This document shows, in pieces, positions 1 through 13,725 of a DNA stretch of 64,000 nucleotides. Source of the DNA: Lingula anatina. Its lineage: Eukaryota > Animalia > Brachiopoda. Within the stretch, counting starts at the first letter, position 1. Every line of letters begins with the position of its first letter. The stretch is taken from NCBI GenBank assembly GCA_051362555.1, contig CM120645.1, forward strand, positions 22,878,001 to 22,942,000, read 5' to 3'. The translations under genes were made by a program, and so were the position numbers. The notes under the pieces were generated by a model. It made no database searches. It had not been told where the DNA came from and saw only the letters and a program-made list of their open reading frames with translations.

Positions 1-2050
1 TACAAAAACAAGCAACAGTTCACTAGGAAGATTTTATTTGCCCCTAGACATGTTTGTTTATTAAGCAGTCTTTCCATTCAAAAAACGCATTTGTCAGGCA
101 CAATTCAGAAAGTTTCATGTTCTGTAAAGGGGTTCAAACTTTCTGTACGTTAGACATCAAAATATTTACACCTATTCTCAGTCTGAAATTCCAAGAGAAT
201 TTCCCAGAAAAGGACTTAAACTGTCTGTTAAACATCATCCCAAACAATTTGGAACTGTTTGTACAGGAGCATCTGAAATTGTGCTATTACGTGGAACAAA
301 ATGCCGACCAGATGAAAAACAGGTACAAGTTGATAAAGGATGAGCTACAGGTAATTCAAATTCACTGTTCCTGGTGTAATTTGGGAAGACACCAACTAAA
401 CAACTCCTCTTTTTGATCTAGTGTTATTTGGAAAAGCAGGGGCCACATGGGAAAACATACACAGCTCCTACTACCAGTGCACTATTCCACCTGTCTGCTG
501 TGAATCTGTTTTATCTATGCAGCCAAGACACTCCAGGTCACCACCACCAAGTAGGTGCCCATTTCTGGGCCACTGTTTTGTCTATTCATTAGAAGCTATG
601 GATAGGCAAAATTAAAGATACATTATTCTGCTGCAGGGCCCTATTTGTTATATATGATCCATGGTAGAGGATTTTGGTTGATGAGAGGCTGACATGTACA
701 CTGTAAGAGCACACTGCTCCAGTGTGCACAGTATAAACAAGACCAGCTAGGATGGAAATGCCACTAAGTTCACTGGAAAAATTGAGAACTTGTGCTTGGA
801 TTTTATTACAGTCTAATTGAAAATGCAGCCAACTCTTAGTGGTGAATGGTCTAACTCTTCCTGTTTACCTATTAAAATATTTTGACTATTACATACCTTA
901 ACAAAAGGCTTATTAATTGCCCATACTTGTCCTTTTCAATCAATTTCAATTATCAAGTCAAAAATGTTCTAATCTTCATTTTTGTGATAAATAACTGAAG
1001 TAAGTCATGTGATAATAAGCATTCGCTTATATTTTTTCTTTCACATTGCCCTTGTATTTTCCTGTAACTATGATACAATTTGATAGAGAGAAGAGAGGAG
1101 AAGAAACAGACACCACTTATGGTTTATCCCTCACTGCCTTCAGTGACAGCATCCCTCTTCAGTAGAGCAATCAGACCAACATTCCAGGAAATTTTGTTTC
1201 AGTTAAGCCATTCAATTAGCCCAGATTGGAAGAAACAATTACTTAATAGATATGTCTTTGATCTCTGCCCCACAAGTACCACCATTCACAGATGGGTAAA
1301 TACAGGGAAACCTTGCACTCAATTATCCCATTAACTAAAACTATGTACATCTCTGGACTCCCCAGATTCCTTGGAAAACAGCAGGATGGTTTTACTATCT
1401 CAGGATTCCTTCCCTGGAATGTAGTTAATGGCTGATGGTTCAACTTTCACAAATTTCTGACCACTGACTGGACAGGACATAGGGCTATCTTTCAAGAAGG
1501 ATTGAGTGATTTATTTTTGTTTGGAAAAGAGGTGGAAATGTGTGTTCTCTGTACTTTATTTTGCCCAGACTGAGAGCACAGCAGATAAAGATGCGCACAA
1601 ACATTTACATATCGGAACCTGGTTTGCAACAAGTTGGAATGCTCGTCTTTATGGAACCCTCATGTTGATGCAACACGCCTGGGAGGTTGCATCTCTGGCG
1701 CTTCATTATTTCTCAAAATATTGAAACTTATGCTTTGGAAATGCCTTTCAAATTGCAATCAGAAGGTGCAAACTGAAATGAGCTGTATGCCCTACGTGAT
1801 GATATCTTAGCATGGAATCTTGAGAAAGCTTCAGTGTTAAGGGATCTCAAGGGAGACAATAGTTGAACATACCTGCTCTTCAAAGTCAGATAACAAAAAC
1901 TGACCTGAGCTTAATTTTTATGAAACTTTGCATGCTTTCTTTTGTCCATTGAGAGGGGGGGGGGGAGAGGTGCAGACAAAGTCACTGACATCAGTTTACA
2001 ACTTATGCTTAAAGGGTGACAAATCTCTAGAGCCATCCAGATCGACTTAC

Positions 2051-2164
2051 CTGTCCCAACATTGCCGAGGTAAACTCCATATTTTGATGGTGGTTAGCTT
2101 CCAGCATGGACATATTAAAGTCATCCAGCATCATGTGTTGCTCCTCCATGAACCCGTCATCCAT
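2051..2164 (-). CDS. PDZRN3/4: PDZRN3/4-like exon, acidic post-PDZ2 helix (MDDGFMEEQHMMLDDFNMSMLEANHHQNMEFTSAMLGQ)
   Basis: Acceptor ttacag|ATG and donor CAG|gtaagt; 114 nt, phase 0/0. Resembles the recalled vertebrate segment LDEGW.DD....LDDL.M.MLE..HH.AMQFTAS.LQQ. Confidence 0.92.
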
Positions 2165-2435
2165 CTGTAACATTAACAGATTAAATGTGAATCTGATATA
2201 TTTTTAAGCAAACTTGGAAACAATGAGCTGTCTATCATTCTGAAGTATATTGTGTTTTTATTCCTTAGGGTTATCATACCAGGGGGCTTGTAATACAATA
2301 TCAACATTTTTTATCTTCAAATGTATTGATTTCACGTTATATGGAAAAATGTAGTAAGCTCTCTAAATATGCTCAGGATGCAAATAAACAAGGGGCACAC
2401 ACACTGGAGCTGTTTGAAAATCTTCAAACAAGGGT

Positions 2436-2462
2436 CCCCCCCCCCCCCCCCCCCCCCCCCCC
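2436..2462. repeat. Poly-C tract (27 nt)
   Basis: Directly visible. Similar G/C homopolymers occur near 1955, 4635, 6390, 11430-11506, 18342 and 63596. Confidence 0.95.
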
Positions 2463-4851
2463 AAACAAAAGCTGTAGAGTTTTTTTTACGGAAATTCAGA
2501 CAGTCAAGTCTGTCATCATCTCTCCATCATATATCACTGATGATGGGCCAGTGGTCTCTGCTTTCACACACGCAGACCTTCCTCTCAAACAGAAGTGCCA
2601 ACCAAGGCTTTGATCTTGCTTGTGATCTGAGAACAAATTTACCCCAATTTGTAAACATTCCGTCCCCCTGTGAGCCCGTTTTCTCACCCTGATCAATCTT
2701 GGCTTTCATCTCAAGTGTTCACCCCAGCAATTTGTAAAAACAAGACAAACTTTCAAATCCTAGTCCTGTGAACAGGGCTCTTATAAATCACACCAGGACC
2801 TAAATATGCATTCCTCTGATAATACACTGAGGGGTCCTCAGCTTTTATGACAAGGCCCTGTGTTTGGGACAGACATCAGCAGATGATAAGAAAGCCTTGC
2901 TATTTTATTGCAGCGGGTGTGACATTTTCTCAGCAGGGAGGACCACACCTTGCACTGATGGCCCCCACACATCAAAGGGGCTGGGAAGGGTAATGGTAGT
3001 TCAACCCATCAGAAACTGGTCACCCTTACATCCCCTCTGTGTTGACAAATGAACAGGCAAGGACATCAATCTCTATAGAAAGGGGCTTGACTTCACTTTT
3101 TTCTGGGAAGGGGTGGTAAAATGGCTTTCACCTATGTGTACAGAGGCTAAGGGTTAAGCAAACTAGCAAATATTCCTTTCCTGAACTCCTTGACATTTTG
3201 GATTCTGCTCGGATTTTCCTACAGATTCGATGGTTAAGTGAGACATCTCGAGGCAAAATTTTAACATATCTTAGAGGTCATTGAGACATGTAATCAAAAA
3301 CTTACACAGATATACTCTGTTAGCATTGATTTTTCATTGATATCAAAAAATACGAGAACCAAAATATGTAAACATCTCTGGATTTTGTTCAATAATAACA
3401 TTCAGATACATGAAGCACAATTTCTCATTACAAACTCTTAGACACTGCACATCAGCTTAAACATCAACTGGACAAAACTCCACCCTGTGGTCAAATCCAT
3501 TATGGTGGACTGATGATGACCTTTCAGAATTTACTCATGCAGGGTGAAACTTGTCTCTTGTGATACATGTTTAACTTCTTCATAAAATATTTTCAGGGGG
3601 AAGTAATGCTTTTAGTGCCTGCTGATAGCCAGTTTGTCAAAGACCACATGTCTCACCAAATGTCAAAATGGAGATTATAATATAAGAAGAGATGCATTAC
3701 ATTTTAAATTGTAACAGTTTTAAATGGTCAACCTTTTTTTGTAAACTATCCACTTTTCAAATTTTCTTTTGTAATTCAAGTTGTGCTAATATTGAGATGC
3801 TGTAATGCAGAAAACGAGCCATGAATTTAATGTCTAACATATCTTTGCTTCCACAGCATCTTTGTTGCAACCTTTTCCTCCATGTAGCAAAACCACAAGG
3901 TCAACGTTAAAGGAGGCTTCCTCAGTTCATTGCCAGTCTATAAATCCCAACCCTAATTTTCCACTCCCTATCTTCATCATCAAAGTAACCCTTGGCCCGA
4001 CTGGCTCACCCTGACTTGGTTTCAACTACACCTTTGACACTGAGAAATTGAGCAGTGTGTTCAGCGCCATCTTGGCAGACGTCGCCTGTCAATACGTTGA
4101 AATATGGAGGCAGTTGGTGTCTGCTTGGGATTTCAACGAAAAAATCAAGTTTTTAAGCTTCATTTGACTGACTGGAAGGATGAGATGGGTCTCTTTTTGT
4201 ATGGGCAACAGCATCTTTATCTAAGCAGACATATCATAAATTTTTTTTTGTTGTTTCGTTGTATATCAGAGTAAGAAAGGTCTTCTCTCTGTACATGCTA
4301 TGGAAGCCAACTTTGCTGCTTGAACCTAATTAGTTCAAAGTTCCCCTGCAGTTGAAGAAAAACATCTCCAAAATGCTCTTATCTAAAACCCAAACCCTCA
4401 CATCCAAGAGATTGTTTCTTTTGATTTCATCCTTGGTGCCAAAAATAATATGCAAAAAATTTCAGATAGCAAGTTCTTCTTTGAAGCTCATGGTATCATT
4501 TTATGGTATGCATACTGGAGAGGAAGAAAGAGAAACTTGAGCAAACTATTATATACTTATATATATACTTTATTTCAAACTAAAACCAAAATGACAGCTT
4601 GCCTCCCTCTGTGCCTATCTTCAGAATGTAGGGAGGGGGGGGGGGGAGGGGGTTTTGCAGGTGGAAGAGGGAGGAAAAAGGAACAGCATAGTGAAACAGG
4701 TGCTAGTGAAACACGGCTTCTAAATTATAATTCATTGATTGTAATTTGAAATCACCTTTAACCAAACCACTGATTCATATGCATGCATGTATGTATTCAA
4801 TGAAATGGGAATTAAAACAAAGCAGACATGAAGGAATAAGTCTAGGCTTAC

Positions 4852-4947
4852 CTGCATTGGTCTGGCTAACAGTAATGTGATGTCAGAGCGATTCTGTGAA
4901 AAGAGTTTGATGGCCTGTTCCCGACTGTGGACATCCACACCATTTAT
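4852..4947 (-). CDS. PDZRN3/4: PDZRN3/4-like exon, end of PDZ2 (INGVDVHSREQAIKLFSQNRSDITLLLARPMQ)
   Basis: Acceptor ttccag|ATA and donor CAG|gtaagc; 96 nt, phase 0/0. It lies within track ORF 4732..4998 and matches ING..V..RE.A..L.......LL.ARP. Confidence 0.95.
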
Positions 4948-4980
4948 CTGGAAAATAAAGTAATTAATTAAATAAAAATA

Positions 4981-5049
4981 TTCAATATAACAGGACAATC
5001 ATGTTCAATATAACAGGATAATCATATTTAATATTACAGGATAATCATT
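4981..5049. repeat. 23-bp tandem repeat, 3 copies (TTCAATATAACAGGATAATCATN)
   Basis: Copies at 4981, 5004 and 5027 with 1-3 mismatches each. Confidence 0.9.
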
Positions 5050-7667
5050 TTTCCTTTAACTATATACGTATGAAAATGAGCTAAATCCATACATAAACTA
5101 GAAGCTCCTACAATAGGATAGGAAAAATCATAAAAAGGTGCAATCTCTAATCTCCCAAAGATGCATCTATTCACAATGCTCCTACAAGTACTTTCCAGAA
5201 TTCCCTGTTAAAATCTTCCATCTTTAGAGAGGTTCCATAAAAATCATTACATCCCCAAACTTACATGCGCCATTCTGAGCCCAATAAGCTAGACTCTCTC
5301 CAATCCCCTCACAACCCAAACTAACCTCTCTCTCTCTCTCTCCAGCCAGTGTCTCACCTATACCCTACCACATCCCTGTCTCACCAGATCAACTAGTCCT
5401 TGTGGTAGTAGCCAGCAAGCCTAATGTTTACAATAACCACAAATCCATTTGCTTGAAGTCAGCTAGGATTCCCTGCTGAATTGCCTTCATCATTCATTTT
5501 CACTGATGAAGCCTTTCAGTGAAATCCCAGTATTTTCTCTTGATACAGCCTGATTGAGTTATGGTGAAGACCGTGCATGGTAAATCTGATCAATGATCAG
5601 CTGATAGTGTACTATAGGAATTTATCAGCCCTACTATTACTACTACTGCTTCTGCTTTGGAAAACTCATTCTTCTAAGGAATTTCTTCTGGGCTGACTAT
5701 CATAAAATCCATCAGAATAAACACAGATTTATGATCCTACGATGGGCAATAACTATATTTCAATTTCTATTCAAAATTGGCATACTTGATAAAGATATGA
5801 TTTCAAGAAATATAAGTGTCAGCTATCATCTTTTTTTAAAAAAACTTATTTAAGGCTGTCCTTAATTAAGTCAAGTACTTAATGAAGGTGGGTGGGCACA
5901 TTAAGTCATCTATATCCAAGAGGGTGATAGCCTTAATTTGATTGGCAGCTATTAAACAAAGCAATTGCTATAATGCCATGATTGCAATTCCCTTTATTGA
6001 AAATTTATAACCATTTTATCTCTTACTGAGACAGATGTTTACTTTGGGTTGTGGATTAACCTTAGCTAATTAACTGAGTACAGTCATTATACAGGACCCC
6101 AATCATCTTCAGAATAATTCATACCTACTTATTTATTTAAGTGATTCAGTAGTCAATACATGTGGTATTAGATCTCTTATTGAAAGGTTGTCAAAGAAGT
6201 AATGAGATTACACTGCAAATGTATACCAAAGTAAAAATGGCATGAAGAGCACTCTTTCTCCATACTTCAAGAGAAGCTGAATCATTGATGGGTGAAATCA
6301 GTGTATTTTATGAGTATGAAAGAAAGTTGGAGTGTGTGTGTGTGCATGTGTGGGGTGTGTTCGTGCATGTATGTGTTTTATAGTAAAGGGGTGGGGGGAG
6401 GGGGGGGGGGGGGGGGAGAGGGGTGATGGGTGCTCAAAAGGACCAATGAAAACACCTCCATTGATCCAGTGGTTAAAAACCCACCAAAATCTAAACACCC
6501 AGCTTTCTTTGGCTCCAACCAGACTCGACCAGATGAGCGAAGACGGAGATAACTTAATTCTTAAATTAAACTTAATTCCTAAATCAAGACAGCAGAAAAA
6601 ATGCAGTGTCCCAGCGGCTGCCTGCGCTGGCGATGATAAGACCAAAATTTAACTGGTAGAGCCAGTTTCCCAGGCCTCTAGAATAGATGAGTTCTGTTTT
6701 TTGGCTGGGATGTTCAGAGAAGCTGTTTTTCATCCAGAAGCCTGGTTCTGATTGGATCTGACAAACTTCATCTGATTATGTAATCACAAAATTGCTTTTT
6801 CAAACCAGGGGTGAAGCTGCATGAAATTTGAGATATAAAGAAGGAAAGAAGAATGTCTAGACAGATAAATAGTAACAGAAAATGTACTTTCTTTCTCAGA
6901 TTTCTCCATGGAACACTTCCTCAAGAACAATAACAGCATAATATTTAAAGGATTGTATCAACGGAACTGAAATTAAAGAGAAAAACAGTTTTTTTTTATT
7001 AAGAAATGTAAAAAGAGAACAGACTAGAAAAAGGACAGAGGATAAAAAAGAACAGTTGATTGCAAGTAAAACTGCAAATCAATTACATAGATCGATGTTA
7101 GAGTTGACTGAAGAAGTCATAATGGGAAGTTAATGAATTTATAGAGCTGTGCAAAGAAACACTGCAGTTAACAGGCTTTTTTCTCTATATTTCTGTACAG
7201 ATATATTACAAACTTAACTGGGGTAGAGTTTCTAATACACTATTGGATACAGAGGCTCCTTACAATTTCTCTTCTTGCCTATTTTTATAACAACTTCAAA
7301 TTTATATTTAAATTTACCAATTTCAATTTAGGATTTTTTTCTCTTTTCTTTTATTTTTTGACTTGCCCTTAGCAGTGCACTAAGAACCAAAACTAACATT
7401 GACTTGATTCTCCAATGTTCCCAGGATAGGAGGGAAGCCACTGTCTTATCTCATTACCAATGAGGCAATCAACTCAACATTATCAACAAGCTAACTGATC
7501 AATTGACAGAGTTGATGAATGACTGAAGCCTGAAAACAATGGGGCCAATTAACTGCAAGATGAGTTCTAAAACTGAACTGCCTTCTTGCTGCTATTGGTT
7601 ACTTATTAAATTAGGGTTAGACACCTATATAACCTGGTGGGGGTGTGGGGATGCCCTTGATACTCAC

Positions 7668-7730
7668 TTGTAAAATTTGATCCCCTTCTCTGATTCGGCC
7701 ATCTTGGGCAGCAATACTGTAAGGCTCAAT
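7668..7730 (-). CDS. PDZRN3/4: PDZRN3/4-like exon, PDZ2 core (IEPYSIAAQDGRIREGDQILQ)
   Basis: Acceptor tttcag|ATT and donor CAA|gtgagt; 63 nt, phase 0/0. Contains the classic PDZ SIAA.DGRIREGD.I.Q motif. Confidence 0.96.
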
Positions 7731-7885
7731 CTGAAATGAAAAAAAAAAAATCATTCTCTGTTGGAAATTCTTAACAGGTTTTTCTTTGTATTAAGTACTT
7801 ATTTCTAAATCTGTCTTTATCTGTACAATTGTATTTAAAGCTTTCTGAAATGTGCTTTTAATTTTTAAAATCTTCCAGCTCTTAC

Positions 7886-7984
7886 CTCACTGACGTAAAT
7901 ATCAGTTTCTTCAATGTCTACAGAGCCGTAGCACAATGTGAGTCCTATTTTCTCCTCACTGTTAGAACGATGCAGCAATACCTC
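7886..7984 (-). CDS. PDZRN3/4: PDZRN3/4-like exon, start of PDZ2 (EVLLHRSNSEEKIGLTLCYGSVDIEETDIYVSE)
   Basis: Acceptor tttgcag|GAG and donor GAG|gtaaga; 99 nt, phase 0/0. Matches the family motif EV.L.R....KLGLT.CY.......IY.SE. Confidence 0.95.
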
Positions 7985-9551
7985 CTGCAAAAACACAACA
8001 GAGCAATCCTTTTATTGAAATATTTTCTAAATTCCATTACAAATTCTGAAATTGCACCCCCCCCCCCAATAATTCATTGTTATGTGAACATAAAGGTGTC
8101 TTCTAACATATCAAGAAAATTATGTTAAAAATTACATGTTGAAATTATTTTCAACTTAGTTTCACAGAAGAAAGAAGTCAGAAAGGACCTGCTCTTCTTG
8201 TTTTAAACTCTCAGTGTGAGTGGGCATGTTCAAGTGGACTGACATTTCACATTACACAGTATGATGGCTTCTTGCTGTTAGTTGTGTTTTCATTACACAA
8301 ACAACGATGGAAACAGCCAAAATATAAGTCGAAACTCCACTTTCCATTTTTTTTTTCTCTTTTTTTGCCAGACCTAATACACGACCCTTGTTCTTAGTGC
8401 GGTGACTTGTAAAACTTTATCTAGCTATAATGGACCACAGTACCATCAATATTTCCTGCAAAGGGAAACTAATCAATGGTGACATTACGAAGAGATACAC
8501 AGGTAATGATCTAGCATGCTAGGAGGAGGAAAAACCTCATCCAAAAGATCTTTTTTACGAGCACGCCATCCAACCTCAAGCTATTTAGGACAACTTTTCT
8601 CCGTGATGAGAAATCCTGAATGAGTCATTGTTATCAAAGATAATAACGAAGGGAGATAATTAACCAAAAAGACATAATGCACTTTGTTCAATAACCAGAA
8701 AAAAAAAACTCAATACAGGTGTTGTCATCTAATGAAAGATAGAATCTCCGACACTCTCCTGTTTCGAATCATCAAAGTGAACCGCTGAACGTGACTCATG
8801 GCATCATTTCGTGTCATTTCTCTCGTCAGGTGAACTGGTTATCTCGGTAACATTAAAAGTTCCCGCTAATTAATCAGATTTGTCTTTGTTACTGTGAATA
8901 AGAATTTCTTTGTTGTCAAAGTCAATCAATTTTTTTTCTCTGTGTGTGTATGAACTATATGTCATTGGGTCGATACTCCAAAGAGCCCATGGGCTACATA
9001 TCGTTAGAAAATAAAGATGGAAGTTTGCACAATAAGACAATGTTTCATCAAGACTGCAGCAGGGGTCTTGTTCTCACAACCTTTCAATGGAACCATTTCC
9101 TTTAAGTTGGCAAGTTTAAACTGAAAACATAAAAGAAACTAGTCACTTTCCCATCATTGGCACCATAGTATGCTAGTATATATGTACACTTGGAGATCAA
9201 TTTTCAAGGAGTTCGTAAATTCTTTAATATAAAATCCTATTCCTAAAACTGTAAAACCATTAATAATTATAAGTTCCAAACTAGTTAATTCCAATAAATA
9301 TCTATAATCACATATAAACAATGCATCTTAATCTTCTTTTTTCCTCAACATTTATGCCCCAAAAGAAGTCTCTCAGTGCAACATTTCTGGGAAAATATAT
9401 CGGAGATCTCCTCTCAGTATTATCTCTCCTCAACAAGGTTAAGTTCTGTCCTGGCTCCAAAATCTGCCAACCACTCAGCTGGACTGCCATTAACTCCCTA
9501 ACACACACTGTGCAAAATACAGCCTTCATCCCCTCCAAAAACCACCGCAGA

Positions 9552-9596
9552 TTTTCTGAGGATCTCTCGAGGATTTTTCTGAGGATCTCTCAGAAT
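9552..9596. repeat. Short tandem duplication, 23-bp period (TTTTCTGAGGATCTCTC x2)
   Basis: Two copies directly visible. Confidence 0.8.
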
Positions 9597-12500
9597 TAAG
9601 TGAACTAGGTTTGAGTAATTAAACCTGAAGTCATTTCCCCTCTCTATAGATGATTGCTGTTTGATAAAGAGGGCCCTGTTTCAACACTACAGGTATGACT
9701 CACTTTTCTCTTCTAATCAATGACGGGGAATAGTTCGTTCAACCAGGTGGAAAATGACACTTTTTAACTTCAGTGTTTTCTCACCATGGAGTTCCCTTTG
9801 ATGGCTTAATGAAGAGGATATCCAATAGGGAAACTTTCCCAGTAAGAGTAAATAGACATCAAACAACATCTTGATATTTACAGTGTCCGGATTTCTTATT
9901 CAAGTACCCTAGATAATTATTCAAAGAGAAGAACTATCACCTAAAGTGATGCCATTTCGTTTTTTAGATAATTATATTCTAAGGATATTTGAGCTCTCTT
10001 TGCTTTAATCATAACTTCATAATTATTCATAATACCTTTTGAATTTCATCAACTTATGTTTGGCAGACCTTCTGGTTATGACATAAACATGAAAATCTAC
10101 TTCACAAATCTCAGTAATGATAACGTATAGAAAAATACATTAAAATCTGCATTTGAATCAACTTTCAGTTAAACAGGCAGAAAGAACAGTGCTTTTGTAA
10201 CACATCAACTTGCACTGAACATGAGTGCAAACAAGTTACATGGTTAAAGCAGCTTTTTCATGTGAAACCTCATATCCGTCAAATTCTATTTCAAATTATG
10301 ACAGATAACGTAGAATAAAGGGGTCACTTAACACAGCATTCTGTGACACTAAACCCCAATTCTTATGCCGCCCCTGTCACCGAGTTCACAGAAGTACCTC
10401 AACAAATCACTGCAGAGGTAGACATTAGGAGCATACCCATCAAAAGCTGAGCACAATAACACGAACACGAGTTCATTCACTTTGCATGTTATACCTCTAT
10501 GTCTAACAAACCAAAAGCCACAACTGTTTACTACGATGACACGTCGTCGCAATGACACAGGAAACAAGGTCAGAAAAAATGAGCATTGTTACAAAACTAT
10601 TAGGCCTGCCTGCTACACTTTACTGGGTACACTTGCTCTTAATGAAAAATACACATCTTTAATTAGCTACCTTTTATTTCATAATTCTCACCCAAACAAA
10701 AGGGAGACTTGTAGCCCAACAAAAAATCAATGAGAAAACAGAGAAAACTGGAGAAATCTTAGATGTTTTACTGGATAACCTCTCATTTGATCCTCTCTAA
10801 GGACAGATTATGGTTCACATTACCATAGCCAAGTTCAGATAACTGGCATATAAGACGGTGCTTCGTTCGCATGTTGCTAAAAATCTGCGTCTACCTGTTC
10901 ACCTTGTGGCTGCCACTTCAAAGGTGCGGAAATCTCATATTCCTCTTATCATGAAAAAACAGTTATGTGTGCTAATGAGGCTGCTATCTGGCGGCAACGG
11001 GTTTTGAAACTCACTACGTTCGTTCAATCATAAAAAGGTCAACTCGTGCAAGAGTCTTCCTATTCTTCTACCGTTCATGATCGTCCTTCATTTTATGTTC
11101 GTGCTTGTCCATCATTTTAACAATGACTCGGCACAAAAGTGGCGACGACAATCTTTCTGATAAGATTTCATTTTTTTTTCTCAACAGTCACAACTATAAC
11201 ATAAATGCACCAAATTATAAAACTTTAAGATGTCAATCTCTATAAGATGAATGACATCTGCTTTTCATTGTTTTATCAAAGTGAAAAAAAAAAACAAATT
11301 GCTGATAAGACTGGGGAAGTATGCATATTGAAGTTAGCAGAATTCCTTAAAAAATTCAAAGGATGGTTCATCAGGCACTTGAGGTTCAAAACAAAAACAA
11401 AAGCCCAAATATGTGTTCCCTTTCATTCTGGGGGTGGGGGGGGGGGGGGAGTGGGGGGGGGGGAGAGGTAAAAAATCCACCCTTTTAGTGGGGCGGGGGG
11501 GGGGGGAGAAATCTAGGTTTTATTTCTCTTGTCTAGCTGGGTCAACTTAAGAGGCAGAAAGGTCCACAATTTCTTTTTTTTAGAAAAAAAGGATCATCAC
11601 TTTGAAATTGATTTCCCGTTTACAAATGTAAATACTATTTACACTGGGGCTCCAGGACTGGACATGTTTGTGTTTAGAATGTTCTGAAGCAATTTAACTG
11701 CATTACACTATGCAGAGAGTTTCGACTTAAAAACAGCCTAGAAAACATTATAAATCAACAAGATCATGTGACAATTAAATAAATGCAACTCTGATAATAG
11801 CATGCAACGTGCTTTTACTGCCACTCATTTGAGCCGAACACCAATGTGTCTGGATACAGACAGAAAAAAATGTTCACACAACAGATTTAAATCGTGTAAC
11901 TGTCTAGGATGTCCTATGTCCTGTGATGGTCAACTGGTCAAGGGGACGGCCAAACAGATCTAACACTGATATCAGCCCTTTGAAGTGACCAGACATCAAA
12001 GCTTGACCAGCGTAGTGGACAAGCCCCCAGGCACTATGTAATGACAGGGGCGGATAAGACAATGAGCTCTAGATTAATAATGATAGTTGTGAACACAATT
12101 TCAGGAGTCTGCATGTCTTGTGGTCAGTATACTGACCACTTATAATCTAATAATGATAATGTTCAGCTGGTCTGATTATCATAATTAGACTAATTTTAGA
12201 TTCATGTGAATAATGGCATCGCAGCATGTTATGTTTGTTTATAATATGTTGGTTAAAGATAAATGTAAAGTCAAACATTTTTTAATGCTTCAACAGCTAA
12301 GCTACACAAAATGACCAAGAGGGTAAATACTTTGACTACAGGGGCCAACTAAATGTATAATGAATTTTTGAACAGTTTTACACATCAACACATCAAATAT
12401 CATAACATATACAATGAATCTTATACATAAATTGAACCTTTATGGTTTAAATCAAAATGGCAAAGACCTAATCAGCTTTCCTGTGCTGATCTCGCCAACA

Positions 12501-13586
12501 AGTGGTTATGTCCAATTTGTAAAAAAAAAAATTGGGCTGACAAGGAGTGACATGGGCTATTCTATCACCCTCCCTGCTGCTTTAACCCAGCTAACATGGT
12601 ACTCAACTGGCCTAATCAGTTGCCAGCTCAGTTTTTTATCACCTCTACTTTTTATGGGGCTGTTCTACAAAATCTCCACCTCTAATATAGCGCGCTGGAG
12701 TCATGTGCATCCTTATGAAAGAGCCTACTGTTTTAGTGACAGGATGAGAAAAATCATTTCCGACATAATGCCGCACAATCTGATTGACTGGTTGAAAAAA
12801 TGGCCGACCCCTGGGTCGCCATGGAATTGGAGAAAAGTTAATCTGCGTCCGAAATTGTATGGAAGTTAACGTTGTGATTTGAACTTTTCCATGTCTATTA
12901 TTAAGAAAAGATCCTAACATCCTGCCAATTTTTTTCCTTTGGAATGTTAGGTCATCTGATAAAAGTTTATCCATGACATAGGTTTAGAGAATTGTATATC
13001 TTTTCTTGGGTTTTATTTTTGAACTGTTTGGCAGACTGTGAAGCCAGAACTCAATGGCTCCATATTGACCCCTATTAACTCCTCCATAGAAAAGTTTTGG
13101 GTGTCAATTTCAATTAACAAAGAGGCAGACAATTCTATTTGTGGTTTCTTAACTGCCAGATTTGGCAACATTGTCGCTGAAGAGATAATGTGTAGGAAGT
13201 GTTCTACAAAGGGGAAGAATTCTGTTGCAAAACACCTGTTTGTTGCCAATGATGGGTGAATAAAAATAGATATTTTTTCCCAAAAGGGAGAGTTGTGGAA
13301 AAGATTTTGATAGCTTTACAACAATCAAGTCACATATTGTACAGTGATGTATGAAGTGAAGCACAAGAAATGTCATCTCATATTTAACCTCTCAATTCAC
13401 AAAACCTAGGTCTTTTCTCATCATTTTCTTTCAGGTCACATAAAAAACCTCTGCCTCCGAAAGTGTGATTTTTCTTTTCAACCTCTTACTTGGGTTAAAT
13501 CAAACATAAGATGTGTCTCATCTTCATGGTTTAGACAAAAATAAAAAATTGATGAGCGAGATCCCCAATCCTTTACTTTTCCTCAC

Positions 13587-13725
13587 CTCATATTCTAGTT
13601 CGTAACCAGGATCATCATCGTACTGATCAAAGAAGTCCATGCCATGGGCCATCTCAATGTCCGTGAGGCCGAGGTCAGCACTGGGAGAGAAGGCAACTGG
13701 TTGGCGGGATGAAGGCTGGTATAAC
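13587..13725 (-). CDS. PDZRN3/4: PDZRN3/4-like linker exon (G-LYQPSSRQPVAFSPSADLGLTDIEMAHGMDFFDQYDDDPGYELEYE)
   Basis: Acceptor tttccag|G and donor GAG|gtgagg; 139 nt = 1 + 46 codons, exactly completing the phase-2 end of the previous exon. It ends in ELEYE, the motif preceding PDZ2 in this family. Confidence 0.92.

Noticed and set aside
1-2050. Track ORFs such as 54..416 as genes, or as the expected last PDZRN3/4 exon
   Set aside because: No recognisable domain, and no long minus-strand frame with the expected DSGVGRTDES-type motif. The last exon probably lies beyond the left edge.
11429-11620. Possible second copy of the 42-kb MITE (G-runs, AAAGGTCCA, TTTGAAATTG)
   Set aside because: The similarity is too short and low-complexity to support without an alignment.
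12414-13376. Cluster of overlapping ORFs up to 151 aa
   Set aside because: No homology I recognise, no consistent splice signals, and overlapping on both strands, consistent with chance.
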